Made by a program: the position numbers and the translations under genes
Source of the DNA: Schizochytrium sp. TIO01
Taxonomy: Eukaryota > Protista > Bigyra: Labyrinthulomycetes
Length of the DNA stretch: 64,000 nt
Reading direction: 5' to 3'
Assembly: GCA_004764695.1 (NCBI GenBank)
Contig: SMSO01000004.1
Location: 2,170,001 to 2,234,000 of the forward strand
The notes under the pieces: model-generated
Seen by the model: only the letters and a program-made list of their open reading frames with translations
Told to the model about the DNA's origin: nothing
The model's database searches: none
Part shown: positions 10,393 to 21,521 of the stretch, piece by piece
Layout: every line of letters starts with the position of its first letter
Numbering within the stretch: the first letter of the stretch is position 1

Positions 10393-13300
10393 AAGCAAAT
10401 ACAAGACATCTGACCCTCGAGACCTCCGCACAATTCTCAGGCAGGATTAAATTCTTAAACTTCAACATCTGGCCTACCGCCTCACCTCAGTAAATTTTTC
10501 TCCTCTGGACAGCCTTCCAGTCTCCACGTTGGAGAAACTTGCACAACTACTAAAGCCCAGGCATGCCGGTGAACCGCGGATTTCTCTGCTTCATTCCTGG
10601 GCCGCGTCGGCGCTGCTTCACTCCACTACCCATCAGTGGAAGTACCTACTGCTTCGATGAGATTCCTTTCGTAAAAAGTGGCTGTGACTGGCCAAGTCAG
10701 CGCAAGTTGTTTCCTCTTAGTCCAAAGGGCCCTCTTCCGTTTCGCATACATTTACCGACTTGGACGAGTTGGAACGGGCCAGCGAGCGAGCTGAGCTCGA
10801 CGTACCCAGCAAGGGACCGCATGTGTTAATTAAATTAATTAATTTATTTATTTGCGAGCTAGCTCGCTGAAGCTGGTTTACTTTGCTTGAACGCAGTCAG
10901 TGGCCGCGGTCGCTCCCGGCTCCACTCGCGTCGCGTGGCGCGGCGTTTGGGATCATCGGCCAATCCGACGCGAGCTCGCGTCGATTGCTTAGGTAGGTGG
11001 ATCTGTAATTCCTGCATGCATGTCTGTAAGAACCGGAGACATTTCATCGCCTTAACTCCTCCTACTCCCGTTCGTTTCAATTCGCTGTGCGAGTCCTCGA
11101 GGCGGTGCCGCCTGCCGCACACGTCGTGCGATGTTGTAGAGCCCGGCTGCCTCGTGGCCATCTCCAACTTCGCGAGGCCTGGCTTTGCTGTAAGGCCTTG
11201 CGCCGCTCGATTATGGTCTCTCGTCATCGGCAAGATTGCCATGGACCATCTCTTCTTCTTCTTCTTCTCCTTCGAGGCAGTCGAAGGTCTGTCCTCGAAG
11301 CCGCCCCAACGAGACTCAATGTGACACGCAGCGCGGCTCTCGACGGTCCCTCCTCAGGTCTTCAGCGTCTCCGTGCGCTGAAGATCTTCGTTTTGGAGGT
11401 CGATGACGTCGCCTCATGCACCCTCGCATGCGTGCATGCATTCATGCCTGCGAGTAGCAACGAATTCAAGTCAGCGCTCTGAAAGAAGCACCTGCAATGG
11501 CGCTGCGTTGTGGTGGCGGTGTCATTTCTGGGCATTGATTGATTGATTCATTGATTCATTGATTAATTGATTGATTGATTGATTCATTCATTGCGTCGCG
11601 ACTCCGAATCGTTCGTTTGAAAGGGCACTGCTAGGCGGGTGCCTAGTTAGCTGCTAGCTGGATCTCCAAAGAAAAGCCAGGAAAAAGAAAGAAAAAGGGA
11701 AAGAAAGACCTCGATCGATGGAGAGATGAAAGAATGAATTCACGGCTTGGCGTACTAAGAACCTGTCTGTGGAGGCAGTCTCATTGATTCATTGATTGAA
11801 TGATTCATCCATTGATGCACTGCGATCACATGCTGTTCGAGGATGGATGGATTAATTAATTAATTCACTGGTGGCCAGAGGAATTGCAGGCGGAGGCCGA
11901 GGACCAAGCTCCGTCCTGGGGCTGCGGGTTTCTGCCGGTCGGCCCGAGCTTAAGAGCGAGCGCAGCGTCCTCGGATTATGCTTCTTGCTTCGCGGATTGA
12001 AAGGCAGAGGTAGTTTTTATTAATTACAAACAAACAAAAACAATTTAGCTATGAGTACTGTAGCGCCCACAGCATTTTATTATTTACTTGAAAAATTGAT
12101 TTTTAAAATTGAAAGTAACAAGCTGTTTCTTTGCGGGTCACAGTGCTACAGAATGTAAAGTAATAGAAATAGAAGAAAGGAAGGAGTAGAGAAGCATAGG
12201 GACAACGAATCTGTTATTTCCGCGAAGCTTTTTCTTTGCTGTAGAAAGGCGATCAAAGTTGTTTTTGTTGAAGGCCATAGTGTTACATTTCCTGGTTTCT
12301 GTGTGCTTCAAGTAAGTTGTGTATTTGTTTATTTGTTTGTTTGTTTGTTTGTTTGTTGTCAAAACTTGCTGGTCCCCTCAGGCCGTCGTTTATGTGTTTA
12401 AATGGTGTTTCTGTATTCATTTGTGGTTGATATCTTCGTTTTTTAAATGCTTCGTTCGAGGGCTGGAGACTCGCGGCTTTTTGTTTGCTGTTGCTGCGCC
12501 GCCCTATTGCTCACTAGCCACTACTACCGCCAGCGAGTAGTCACGTGCTCTGGTAGCACAGTAAATAGTACCAGAAAGCAAAGGTTCTGAGGTTCTTGGA
12601 GATGATCGAACAGAATCACTTGACTCTCAAAAAAGAAGAGGAGAGAAGACCAAATGAAATGAATAGGTTCCGTTCTTTTGTGAAACTGAAAAACACCCTA
12701 CTCTTCGCAATGAATGAATGGCACATGACTTTCTAAATAAGAATCTTTAATTAAAACAACCAAATTAAACAAATATATGTGATAAGTAGCCTAACTTTTT
12801 AAGTTGAAAAAGAAAGTAGAAGAAAAAAAGCTTTGTAAAAAAGGAGGAATCGATGTTGGTAGAATGGCTGAGCATTGATGAGAGAGAACGAAACGAGATT
12901 CCAACGAGGATAGTCAGCGAATAAGCCACGAATTGTGATTTGCAAGCTCCACCATGACTTTGTTAAAAAGCATCTACGTACTTAGGGCAAGTGTCTCAGC
13001 TCCCAGAAATTCACTGATTGAGAATCAAAGATGATGCTCTCCACACCGACTTCGACGATTTCCAAGGGCTCGCTAGAAGATTGATTGCATACCTATCGTT
13101 GTACTAACTTGAAGGAGTTCTCGCTCACCAGCAGTAGAACATTATAAAACTGGTCCTCGCTACAGCAATGCTGCCAACTAGCGGCAATTTGGTTGGATAT
13201 GGCGCCGCCTCCGTCAAGACAGAGGCAGATGCGTGAGGTAGCGAGGAATCGTGATGATGCTCATCCAGCCGAAAAGCTAGCAGCTCTTCGGAATTCACAC

Positions 13301-15689
13301 GTCGCCGAAATTTAGTCAGGCAGAGAATCTAATCAACAAACTTAATTCGACTGCACGCCCTGCTGCTGCTGACAAAGTGTTGAGCACTTTGGGGGTGTGC
13401 ATCTCCGGCAATAGTGCGGCAGGGGAGTCAGCTGTTCCCACAAAAAACAGCTCATCACATGTGACAACAAAGCTGTTGAGGGTGGGTGATTTGCACAAAT
13501 AAGCTTCGAAGTCCACACATGAGGCTCGAATCACCGACAACATCGCAACCTTTTTTGTCTACTGGAGAAGAACTTCGGCTCCCTCCACGAATCATCAAAG
13601 TATAGTATCTATGGGATGTTTATGTTCGAGCGAGGGATCCAAAGATCTTACCCATGTTCTGATTCCGATTCTTGCAGATAGCTGCGATTGTTTGCTGCTT
13701 CTAAGCCTACCTATTAGAGGGGATAAAATCAGCTGTCGCATACCTACTTAAAGGAAGCACGGGGCTGGAACACTTGATTAGTTTCATCCAAAACATGGCA
13801 ACATCGTAGGAAGCAAGATTCTTTCTCTACTCAAACAGTTTGGGTCAAACATTCGTACATGAGAAGAACTGCCAAGCCAAGTAAAGCTTTCGAGTCCTGA
13901 GCAGCAAGCTATAAGAAAAGAAAATAGCGACTTCGTCTAATAACTGGCATGCCTAAACTCGAACGTGGTATTACATACATATTTACTACTTGATTAACAG
14001 AAATACGAATGAGGTAGTGTATGCATCATAGTCTAGACATTCAACTTATCTGAGTAAATGGGTTGGCTTGGTTGGCTTCTGGTGCCTCATAGCATGTGAA
14101 CGCAGCATGCGCATATTTGTGATTGATTATGTATGCGTGCGCCCAAGTGGAGCAAACCTGTAAACGCACGAGGGAAAGCTCCTTGATTTGCGGAAATTGT
14201 CGTTCGCCGCACTACCAATCTTATTTCGACTAGGCAAATTGTTTATGTTCCTACTATAGGATTGAGTAAGGCTTAGGAGTACGAAGTAGAGTATAACCTT
14301 AGACAATAAGTAACTCATCAATACTAGTTCTTATTTGGGAAGTGGGTCTCAGTATCAAGAAGCAAGCAAAATTAAGTCATTCTCATAAACGCACCCTCTG
14401 GTTAGTCTGCAAGAATACACCGAGCGACATGTTTACAGATTAAACTGCTTCAACTTCGTACGCCTGAGCATCATCATCATCATCATCATCATCAAATCCC
14501 ACTTGTCTAACTCGGGAATTGAATCAGGCGTGCATCTGCGCTGACTCCTGGCTTTCCAAAGAGTGCACCGAGACCCTTCGCCGCGGTCCCTAACCGAGTC
14601 CTACCATCTATCTATGAGTTTTTAAATATATAAATTTAGTAAAATTAGCATGCTCTTTCACCACGATCGATCCTTCTTCAACAAAATACCAAGGTACCAT
14701 GAATGTACGTGCGTTTTTCCATGCTTACTTGCAGTTTGTGGCTGTTGCTATCTGCAGGAGGCAGCATGGTGGTCTTGGTGCTTTTGTCAGCGCTCTATTC
14801 ATGCCACGCTTCGAAGTGTTGGCTCGCTACCGACCTCGGCACAGGCTCTGAGACGAAGGCTTTTATTGCTGAGATCTGCGATTTCGCGCTGACCCTGTGT
14901 TTTCTTCGCTGGAATCCTCTCATTCTTTCTCCTCAGACGAAGCAAAGCATATAAAACGAGGTCTTCTTCAGCTGTGGCAGCGCAGTGGTAACCTCAAGCT
15001 TTCTTATCTCCGTCTCTCTTTCTCTCGTGGCAGCATGCCCACGCAATCTCCCGCCATTGATATCGGTACCTATCTCGTCCTCTCTCTCAAATATCCATTC
15101 GCCTCCATCCATCCATTCCCGATTTCAACTCACCCGTCGTCGTTCTCATTCGCGCGAGTCAATGGTACCGGTACCACAATCCAGGCCTGCGCAACGCGTC
15201 GGTCCTCGTAGCTGGCCTTAAGTAGGGGCTACGGTTGCGCGGAGGAACGGGATAGGAACAGTGAGGAACGGGCAGAGGAGTAAGAATAAGGAACCGTTCA
15301 CATCTGTTATGTTAATTTAGTTTTAAATAAAAACATTGGAAAAAACATTAAAAGCAGATATTAAAGCCCATCAACACACACATACATACACGCCAAAAAC
15401 AAATCAAACCAAACCAAACCAAACCAAACGAAACCAAACGATATGAAGCCACTTAATCACTCCATGCATTCATCGACTAAACAACTAAACAAACCAACCA
15501 ACCAAGAAACCAACAAACAAACAAATAAGCAAACCAACAGCAAGCAAATAAGCCCAAGCAGGAGAGAGGAAAGAGAGGAAACCATCTGAAGGAAAGAAAG
15601 TAAAAACTAAAAGAGCAAGAAAGAAAGAGAGAGAGAGAAAGAGCCGAAGACGGGCCTGGTCGATGTAGTTAGTATGAATACAATACCGC

Positions 15690-15690
15690 A

Positions 15691-15769
<79 letters not shown>
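15690..15769 (+). repeat. (AAAG)20 microsatellite
   Basis: Perfect tetranucleotide array. Confidence 0.95.
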
Positions 15770-15867
15770 CGAAGGCTCTGCAGGCACGGGAGAGGAGGGC
15801 GGCTCAAACTCGAGGCGCCTGAGCGCCGCGCTGACTTATGCGCGCGAGTCGGCGCAAGAGGACCGTG

Positions 15868-15870
<3 letters not shown>

Positions 15871-15943
<73 letters not shown>
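15871..15943 (+). repeat. (GCA)24 microsatellite
   Basis: Perfect trinucleotide array outside any credible CDS. Confidence 0.95.
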
Positions 15944-15944
<1 letters not shown>

Positions 15945-16080
15945 GGAAGGAAGGAATGTGGACGTATCCTGGGCGGCTCTGAACGAGACCAGGGAAAGGC
16001 AAGGAGGAGGAAGCAGCTCTCTCTCTTACAATACTAATCGTTGCTCTTCATTCATTCTCGTTTTATTATTAATTAATTAA

Positions 16081-16086
16081 TTGATG

Positions 16087-16121
<35 letters not shown>
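16081..16121 (+). repeat. (GATT)n microsatellite
   Basis: Directly visible. The same unit recurs near 11535, 19055, 21490, 37672 and (other strand) 39343. Confidence 0.85.
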
Positions 16122-17640
16122 CGTTTATTTTTAACGTTCAAGCTGTTATCATTGGAGGGTTGCTTTATCGATTGGTTCAACCGCTGATACAGCGACCGTA
16201 ACGTGAAGTTGAAGTAGAAGAACAATTGTGCACGTGGTCTAAGCGTAAAGTGCGGCACTTGCGATGCTTGTCGCAAAACAAATGCAAATCTGTAGGTATT
16301 TTAACTTTAAATTGAGATTTAGTTTTTAATTTAATTCAAATTTAATTTTTAATGAATAAAATAAGATAAAGTAAAAAACAGATAAAAAATAAAGTACTTT
16401 ACGACGGATGGGGAGGGGTACTTTGGTGTTCTTGTTCTTGGCAAAGATAGAGAACGGCGAAGGAAGGCTACCTGAGCAGGCGGCTTGAGAGGAGGCCGCT
16501 GTTGAGGTTTAAGGCGGGCTGCTCTGAGGATTGTGTGCTCTCGCTTCCTCCTTGCTTTCGCTAGCTTGCTTTTCCTCAGAGCCTTGGGTTGGGTTGGGAT
16601 CGGTTGAGGGAAAAGAAAAAACGAATGAAGGATCGGCAAAGAGGAGAACAACAACAGCATTTTAAAGTAAGTAAGTTTATGAATTAATTAGTTTGTTGTT
16701 TGTGTCGTATTTCAACAATTGAATTTCGTTTCAATCATTCGATCCTGTTTTTGGTTTGTTATTATCGCAACTAAAACTAAAACCTTTAAAACTTTGATCA
16801 AGGAACCGGTGAGGGCGGCTGCTCCTCTCGGAGAAACATCCCTCCGGGAGCTTTTCAGCTTTGCCAGAATAAACCCCAAAAAAAAAATGCGAAAGAATTG
16901 AACAGGAAGAAAACATTTTTAACATGTAAAATAAGTGGAGCATCACTTTCGAGGACAGGACAGAAAAGCCAACAAATATATGAGATTTAAAAAAAACGTT
17001 TTTAAATTGATTTAATTGAATAGAAGTTGATAAAAGTGGGCGGAAAGGTGAGCGCGCTGAATGTGCGATCATTCGAAGTGAGAGATGGGAATGGATCAGG
17101 GTTCAGTTTTCTAAAGGCTCCATCACACACTCACTTCTTTATTGAAAGCGCTAGCAAATATCTAGCGCTGCTACGAGTTTGCAAGCAGCTTTTTTGAAAT
17201 TCTTTCTTTCAATTCATAATATGATAGAAGTACCTACCGCCCCGGTAGGCGCCTGGAGAGCGAAAGGACCTGAAAAGCTCCACTAACGGAGCGAAAGCTG
17301 AGGTACTGATAGCCAAATAAATAGCTGATTAGAGAAGCGTACTCCCATCAATCATTACTACTCATGCTCTGCTCTTTTCTTTTCTCTCTTGTTTTCTCGC
17401 TCACTTACGTAGGCAGTGATATCTTTCTCCCTCTGTAGACTCTAGAGAGAAGAAGAAGAGCAAGCAAGAAGGGAACGGCATGAGCTACAGATCTTGGAGT
17501 CGAAAGGCGCGCTCGAAAGCAGCCATAACTCTACCTCCAAAGACCCAAGAGAGCTCGAAGTAAGGCTCGCATAGAGCGAGAATTCTTGTTTTGTAGGTTG
17601 AACTCCCGAGCTTGCGATGACTTCTTTGATGACTTCTTTC

Positions 17641-17700
17641 TTCGAGCTCAAGTTCAAGTTCAAGTTCAAGTTCAAGTTCAAGTTCAAGTTCGAGTTCAAG
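17641..17700 (+). repeat. (TTCAAG)10 near-perfect hexanucleotide repeat
   Basis: Directly visible, with TTCGAG/CTCAAG variants. Confidence 0.9.
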
Positions 17701-18375
17701 TGCACACCCCTCCGTGGTTGTGTTTCAAGGAAGCGCACGCGTGCGATAATTTAGACGATCATCGCGTTGGATTTACGTACCCATCCATCAATCTCCTCAT
17801 CAAGATCAATTTAGCAATCAGTTCATCCACAAAACAGATTTGAGTGAGGTCTCGCGCGAAGTTGATCGTCGCCGGCGATTCATGCATGCATCGGAAAGCT
17901 GGTTTGGAGTGAAACCTAGGCTTCGTTCGCGAGAATGAGCACACGGTACGAGAAGTGCGTGAGTGATCATCGTGGCAATGGCCACTTTGCGCTGACTTGT
18001 TCCGCGTTGGGATCGCACAGCAGAAAGCGCAGATCTCCTTTGCTTCTTCGCGAACCCTCCCTCAGCAATCGATTGGCCTGCTTAACTAAACTCTGTGGAC
18101 TAACCAAGCGAAGCGAAGCGAAGGAGTGAGAGAGGGCGAGCGATGAATGAGGTGACTGATGATCCCAAGCGCCTCGTTATTCTTCTTGGCTGTCCAGCCC
18201 ATCTATTATGCCCAACAATTGAGATTGTATTGTCATTTGTTTCTCTGGACTTTTAGAAGGCCTCATAGAACGCATGATAACAAACGAAGAAACAAACAGA
18301 CAGACAGACCAACAGTAGAAGTAGTTGAGAGAGAGAGAGATCCTTGTTAATAATGCGCCATCATATCTACGCGGC

Positions 18376-18445
18376 TTGTTTGTTTGTTTGTTTGTTTGTT
18401 TGTTTGTTTGTTTGTTTATTTTGTTTGTTTGTTTGTTTGTTTGTT
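18376..18445 (+). repeat. (TTTG)n microsatellite
   Basis: Directly visible. Confidence 0.9.
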
Positions 18446-18819
18446 TTATTTAGTTGTTTTTCTGCCTGTCTGTTTCTTCGTTTGTCTGTTTCTTTGTTTG
18501 TTTGTTCTTCGTCTGTCTGTTCCCTCGTGTATTTGTCTGCTCGAAGGCTGTGTTGCTGTGGCTTCGTACTATCCCTGCGGCATCCTCGTCCATCGACAAG
18601 CTCGTAGCGCCCTTCGTCCTCCTCGCGACTGACCGCGCTGACTTGGTCACCTTGTGCAGGAGGGAGGCAGCGACATCTCTGACTTACTTCGCTGACTCAT
18701 GTTTAGTTGTTATTTGCGCGCTTCTTAGTTTCCAAATATTCATTCATTCGATGCTGATCTGTCTATATAGAGCCAACTATGCTCTTTCTTTCTTCTTTCT
18801 TTCCTTTCTTTCTTTCTTC

Positions 18820-18892
18820 TTTGTTTGTTTGTTTGTTTGTTTGTTTGTTTTTGTTTGGTTGTTTGTTTGTTTGGTTGTTTGTTTGTTTGTTT
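18820..18892 (+). repeat. (TTTG)n microsatellite
   Basis: Directly visible. Confidence 0.9.
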
Positions 18893-20913
18893 AGAGGAGA
18901 GAGCACTGTCGATCTCTTTTCTTTCCTTCTGTTCGTTCTCGCGGTCAGTGGGGCTGAAGAGCAAACATACATGTCGTTGCGAGAGTTGAGAGATATCGAA
19001 ATGCCTCTTGAGCGCTTAACGCTTTTTGCTGCAGATCAATGGATTGATAGATAGATTGATTGATTGATTGATTATCACGGCTTAGCTCTCTGGAGCGGCC
19101 GAAAAGAAGTGGATTGGTTTTCTAATGCGGTGCGTTTGAATCATGTTACAGAATCTAAATTACTTATTGTCAACATAAAAAACGTTTAACCTGAATTTTA
19201 CATATTTCTTTATTTATTTTTTAAAGTCTGCGGCGCGTTTACAAAGCGGAAAGTCGAAATGATTTTAGAACAAAAGATATAATTGCTCAGAAGGAGAAAA
19301 GGCCACAGAAGAAGCAGAAGAAGAAGAGGCCTAAGGACACAAAATGGGACGCCGACCTTCGCGTAGTGGTCTGCAGCTTCTCCTCTCGAGGCCTGAGTGT
19401 TCTTACTATCCAACGGAAAGGCCACACGGCGGAGGTTTTTCTAAAGAGAAGGGAAAAGAGATTGAGAGAGCTGCTCCTTAGTAGCGCTGTCATAATGACT
19501 TTGGGAGCAGCGCTTCTTGTTGTTCTTATTCTTCTTGTTGTTCTTGTTGTTCTTGTTGTTCTTCCTCTTTGTTGTGAGGGGGCGATTCAGAGACGGTTAT
19601 TGGAGGAGAGAACGCCGAAGGAAAAAACTAACAGCGTTAGAAGAAGCTCTTCTTTCATAAAGTGAGTTCAAGTTGTAGTTTCTCCGAGGTTTTTAAAATT
19701 CGTATTTAATTTTATAGAAAATATAAAGAAGAAACAAATAAAGCGGTCCTCTAAGTAGTAGGGGAGAAAAGAAAATATTTTTGACCTCTTTTTTTTTTTT
19801 TTCATTTTTTTTTCACGCGGTGAAAAGTTTCCACTCACTGATGCAAGAGCAAAGTATAGCGAGGGTGGGCTTTCAAAACAAGACCCCGTGGCGTCTCGCA
19901 GAATGAAGCAACGGGCGCCGCCCTTATTGAGTATGAAAACTTTTATCTTTGCCAAAAAAACAAAAAATAAAAAATGGTAAAAAATGTCTTGTCCACTTGG
20001 ATAATTCAGCGCGTTTCGGTTTGCTTGCTTTGATATGGAAGAAAGTACTTTTTATCCTTTGAAGCAACGATTGATCGACTGATTGATTGATTCATTCGGC
20101 TGCTCAGCCGCTTCACCGCCACTGATTTCCGGCGCCTTGGGCTGAAGAGTACACGCTCCCTATTAAGCGCGTACAATAAGGATCGGCCGCGCAGTGGTTT
20201 GAGGAGTGTCGAAGAGTCCTTTGAAGCAGAGAACACTGCTATTTTGTAAAATAAGAGAATCCTTATCGCCTGTGGCACCTCGGGAGCTTTTGCGTAGTCG
20301 CGCCTAGGAGGGGCCTACCGGTTGGAGATCATCATCCTTCGAATGGTAAAGGCAGAGATTTAGTATCTTGAAGAAGAAAGAAGTCCAGAGAACTCGAGAC
20401 TGTTGAAGAAAGTTGAGGACCTCTGTGTGTGACAGAGCTCGCAATTGCGAAAGCTGCTGTTCAGGGCAGGAAGACATGGTCTGCCTGTGCTCTCGAGCAG
20501 CCTGAGAGAAGCTGTGGACCATAAGCTGCGCCCCGAATCACGAAACAGCAGAATGCCTCAAGGTGCGCTCAATGGTTCTCCAAGTCTTCTTCTTTAATGT
20601 TAATCAGAGAGTCACGCTTCACAAACACATATTGTTGTTATGATGATGATTATTATTATTATCCATAAGGAATTCAAATCTCCAAGTGGGAGGAAAAACA
20701 ATCAGGAACTAACTTAGCCTAAACTTCAATTTAAGTGGACTCTGCCCGCCTCAGCGGCTCAGAAGCGCCGAATCGTTGCGCTGTTTCTGCAAAGCGGGCC
20801 CAATCAGCAACGCTGCTTCTCCTCCAATCCGGTGGTCCCTTTTCAAGAAAGGAGCAGACAGAAGAACTCTTCTTCTTGAACCATTTGGATTCACCACTCT
20901 CCTTTTTTTCATA

Positions 20914-20968
20914 TTTGAATTCGAATCTAAATTTGAATTTGAATCTAAATTTGAATTTGAATTTGAAT
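20914..20968 (+). repeat. (TTTGAA/TCTAAA)n hexanucleotide repeat
   Basis: Directly visible. Its reverse complement (TTCAAA)n resembles the 17641 array. Confidence 0.85.
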
Positions 20969-21488
20969 GTTTTCGAAGCAAGGTGAAGCAGCAGAAGCGA
21001 TCTTGGAGCGTCGTGGGTTCCTATGGAGAACTGTAGCAGTAGCGGTTCAGGGCATGGGCTGAATGCGCAAGGGAGAGCACGAGAACCGCTTCTGAGGCCA
21101 GTCTGGCAGCCGACCCAGAGCTGCATTTCCTCTCAAGTCGTGGCGAGGGTCGCGGTCTCCGTCTGTCTGCACGCCTGCACGCACCGTGTCTGGAGGACCG
21201 GCACGAGGACGTGCTGGAGACCCTGCGTGGAGGGGTTCTAAAAGAGCCTTGAAGAAATAATTGGTGAAGGAGCGAACTTCCTCTGAAAACGAAGGGCTCT
21301 GTCTGGAATGGAAGACGCGAAGACTCTGTCTGTACTCTTTCAGCGCAACGGCAGTCAGTCAGCTCGAGTGAAGTTGGTTTTGCTGCCGCTGCTGCTCCTG
21401 CTGCTGCTACTCCCGCGGCTGCCTTTGGTCTTGGTTTTCCGAGAACCCGTCTCATCGCAGCACTGGAGTGATTGTGTTGATTAGTTGG

Positions 21489-21521
<33 letters not shown>

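Noticed and set aside
15485-19054. ORFs with poly-C, poly-A, FLSF, CLFV, KERK or NLNL runs
   Set aside because: Translations of stop-free microsatellites.
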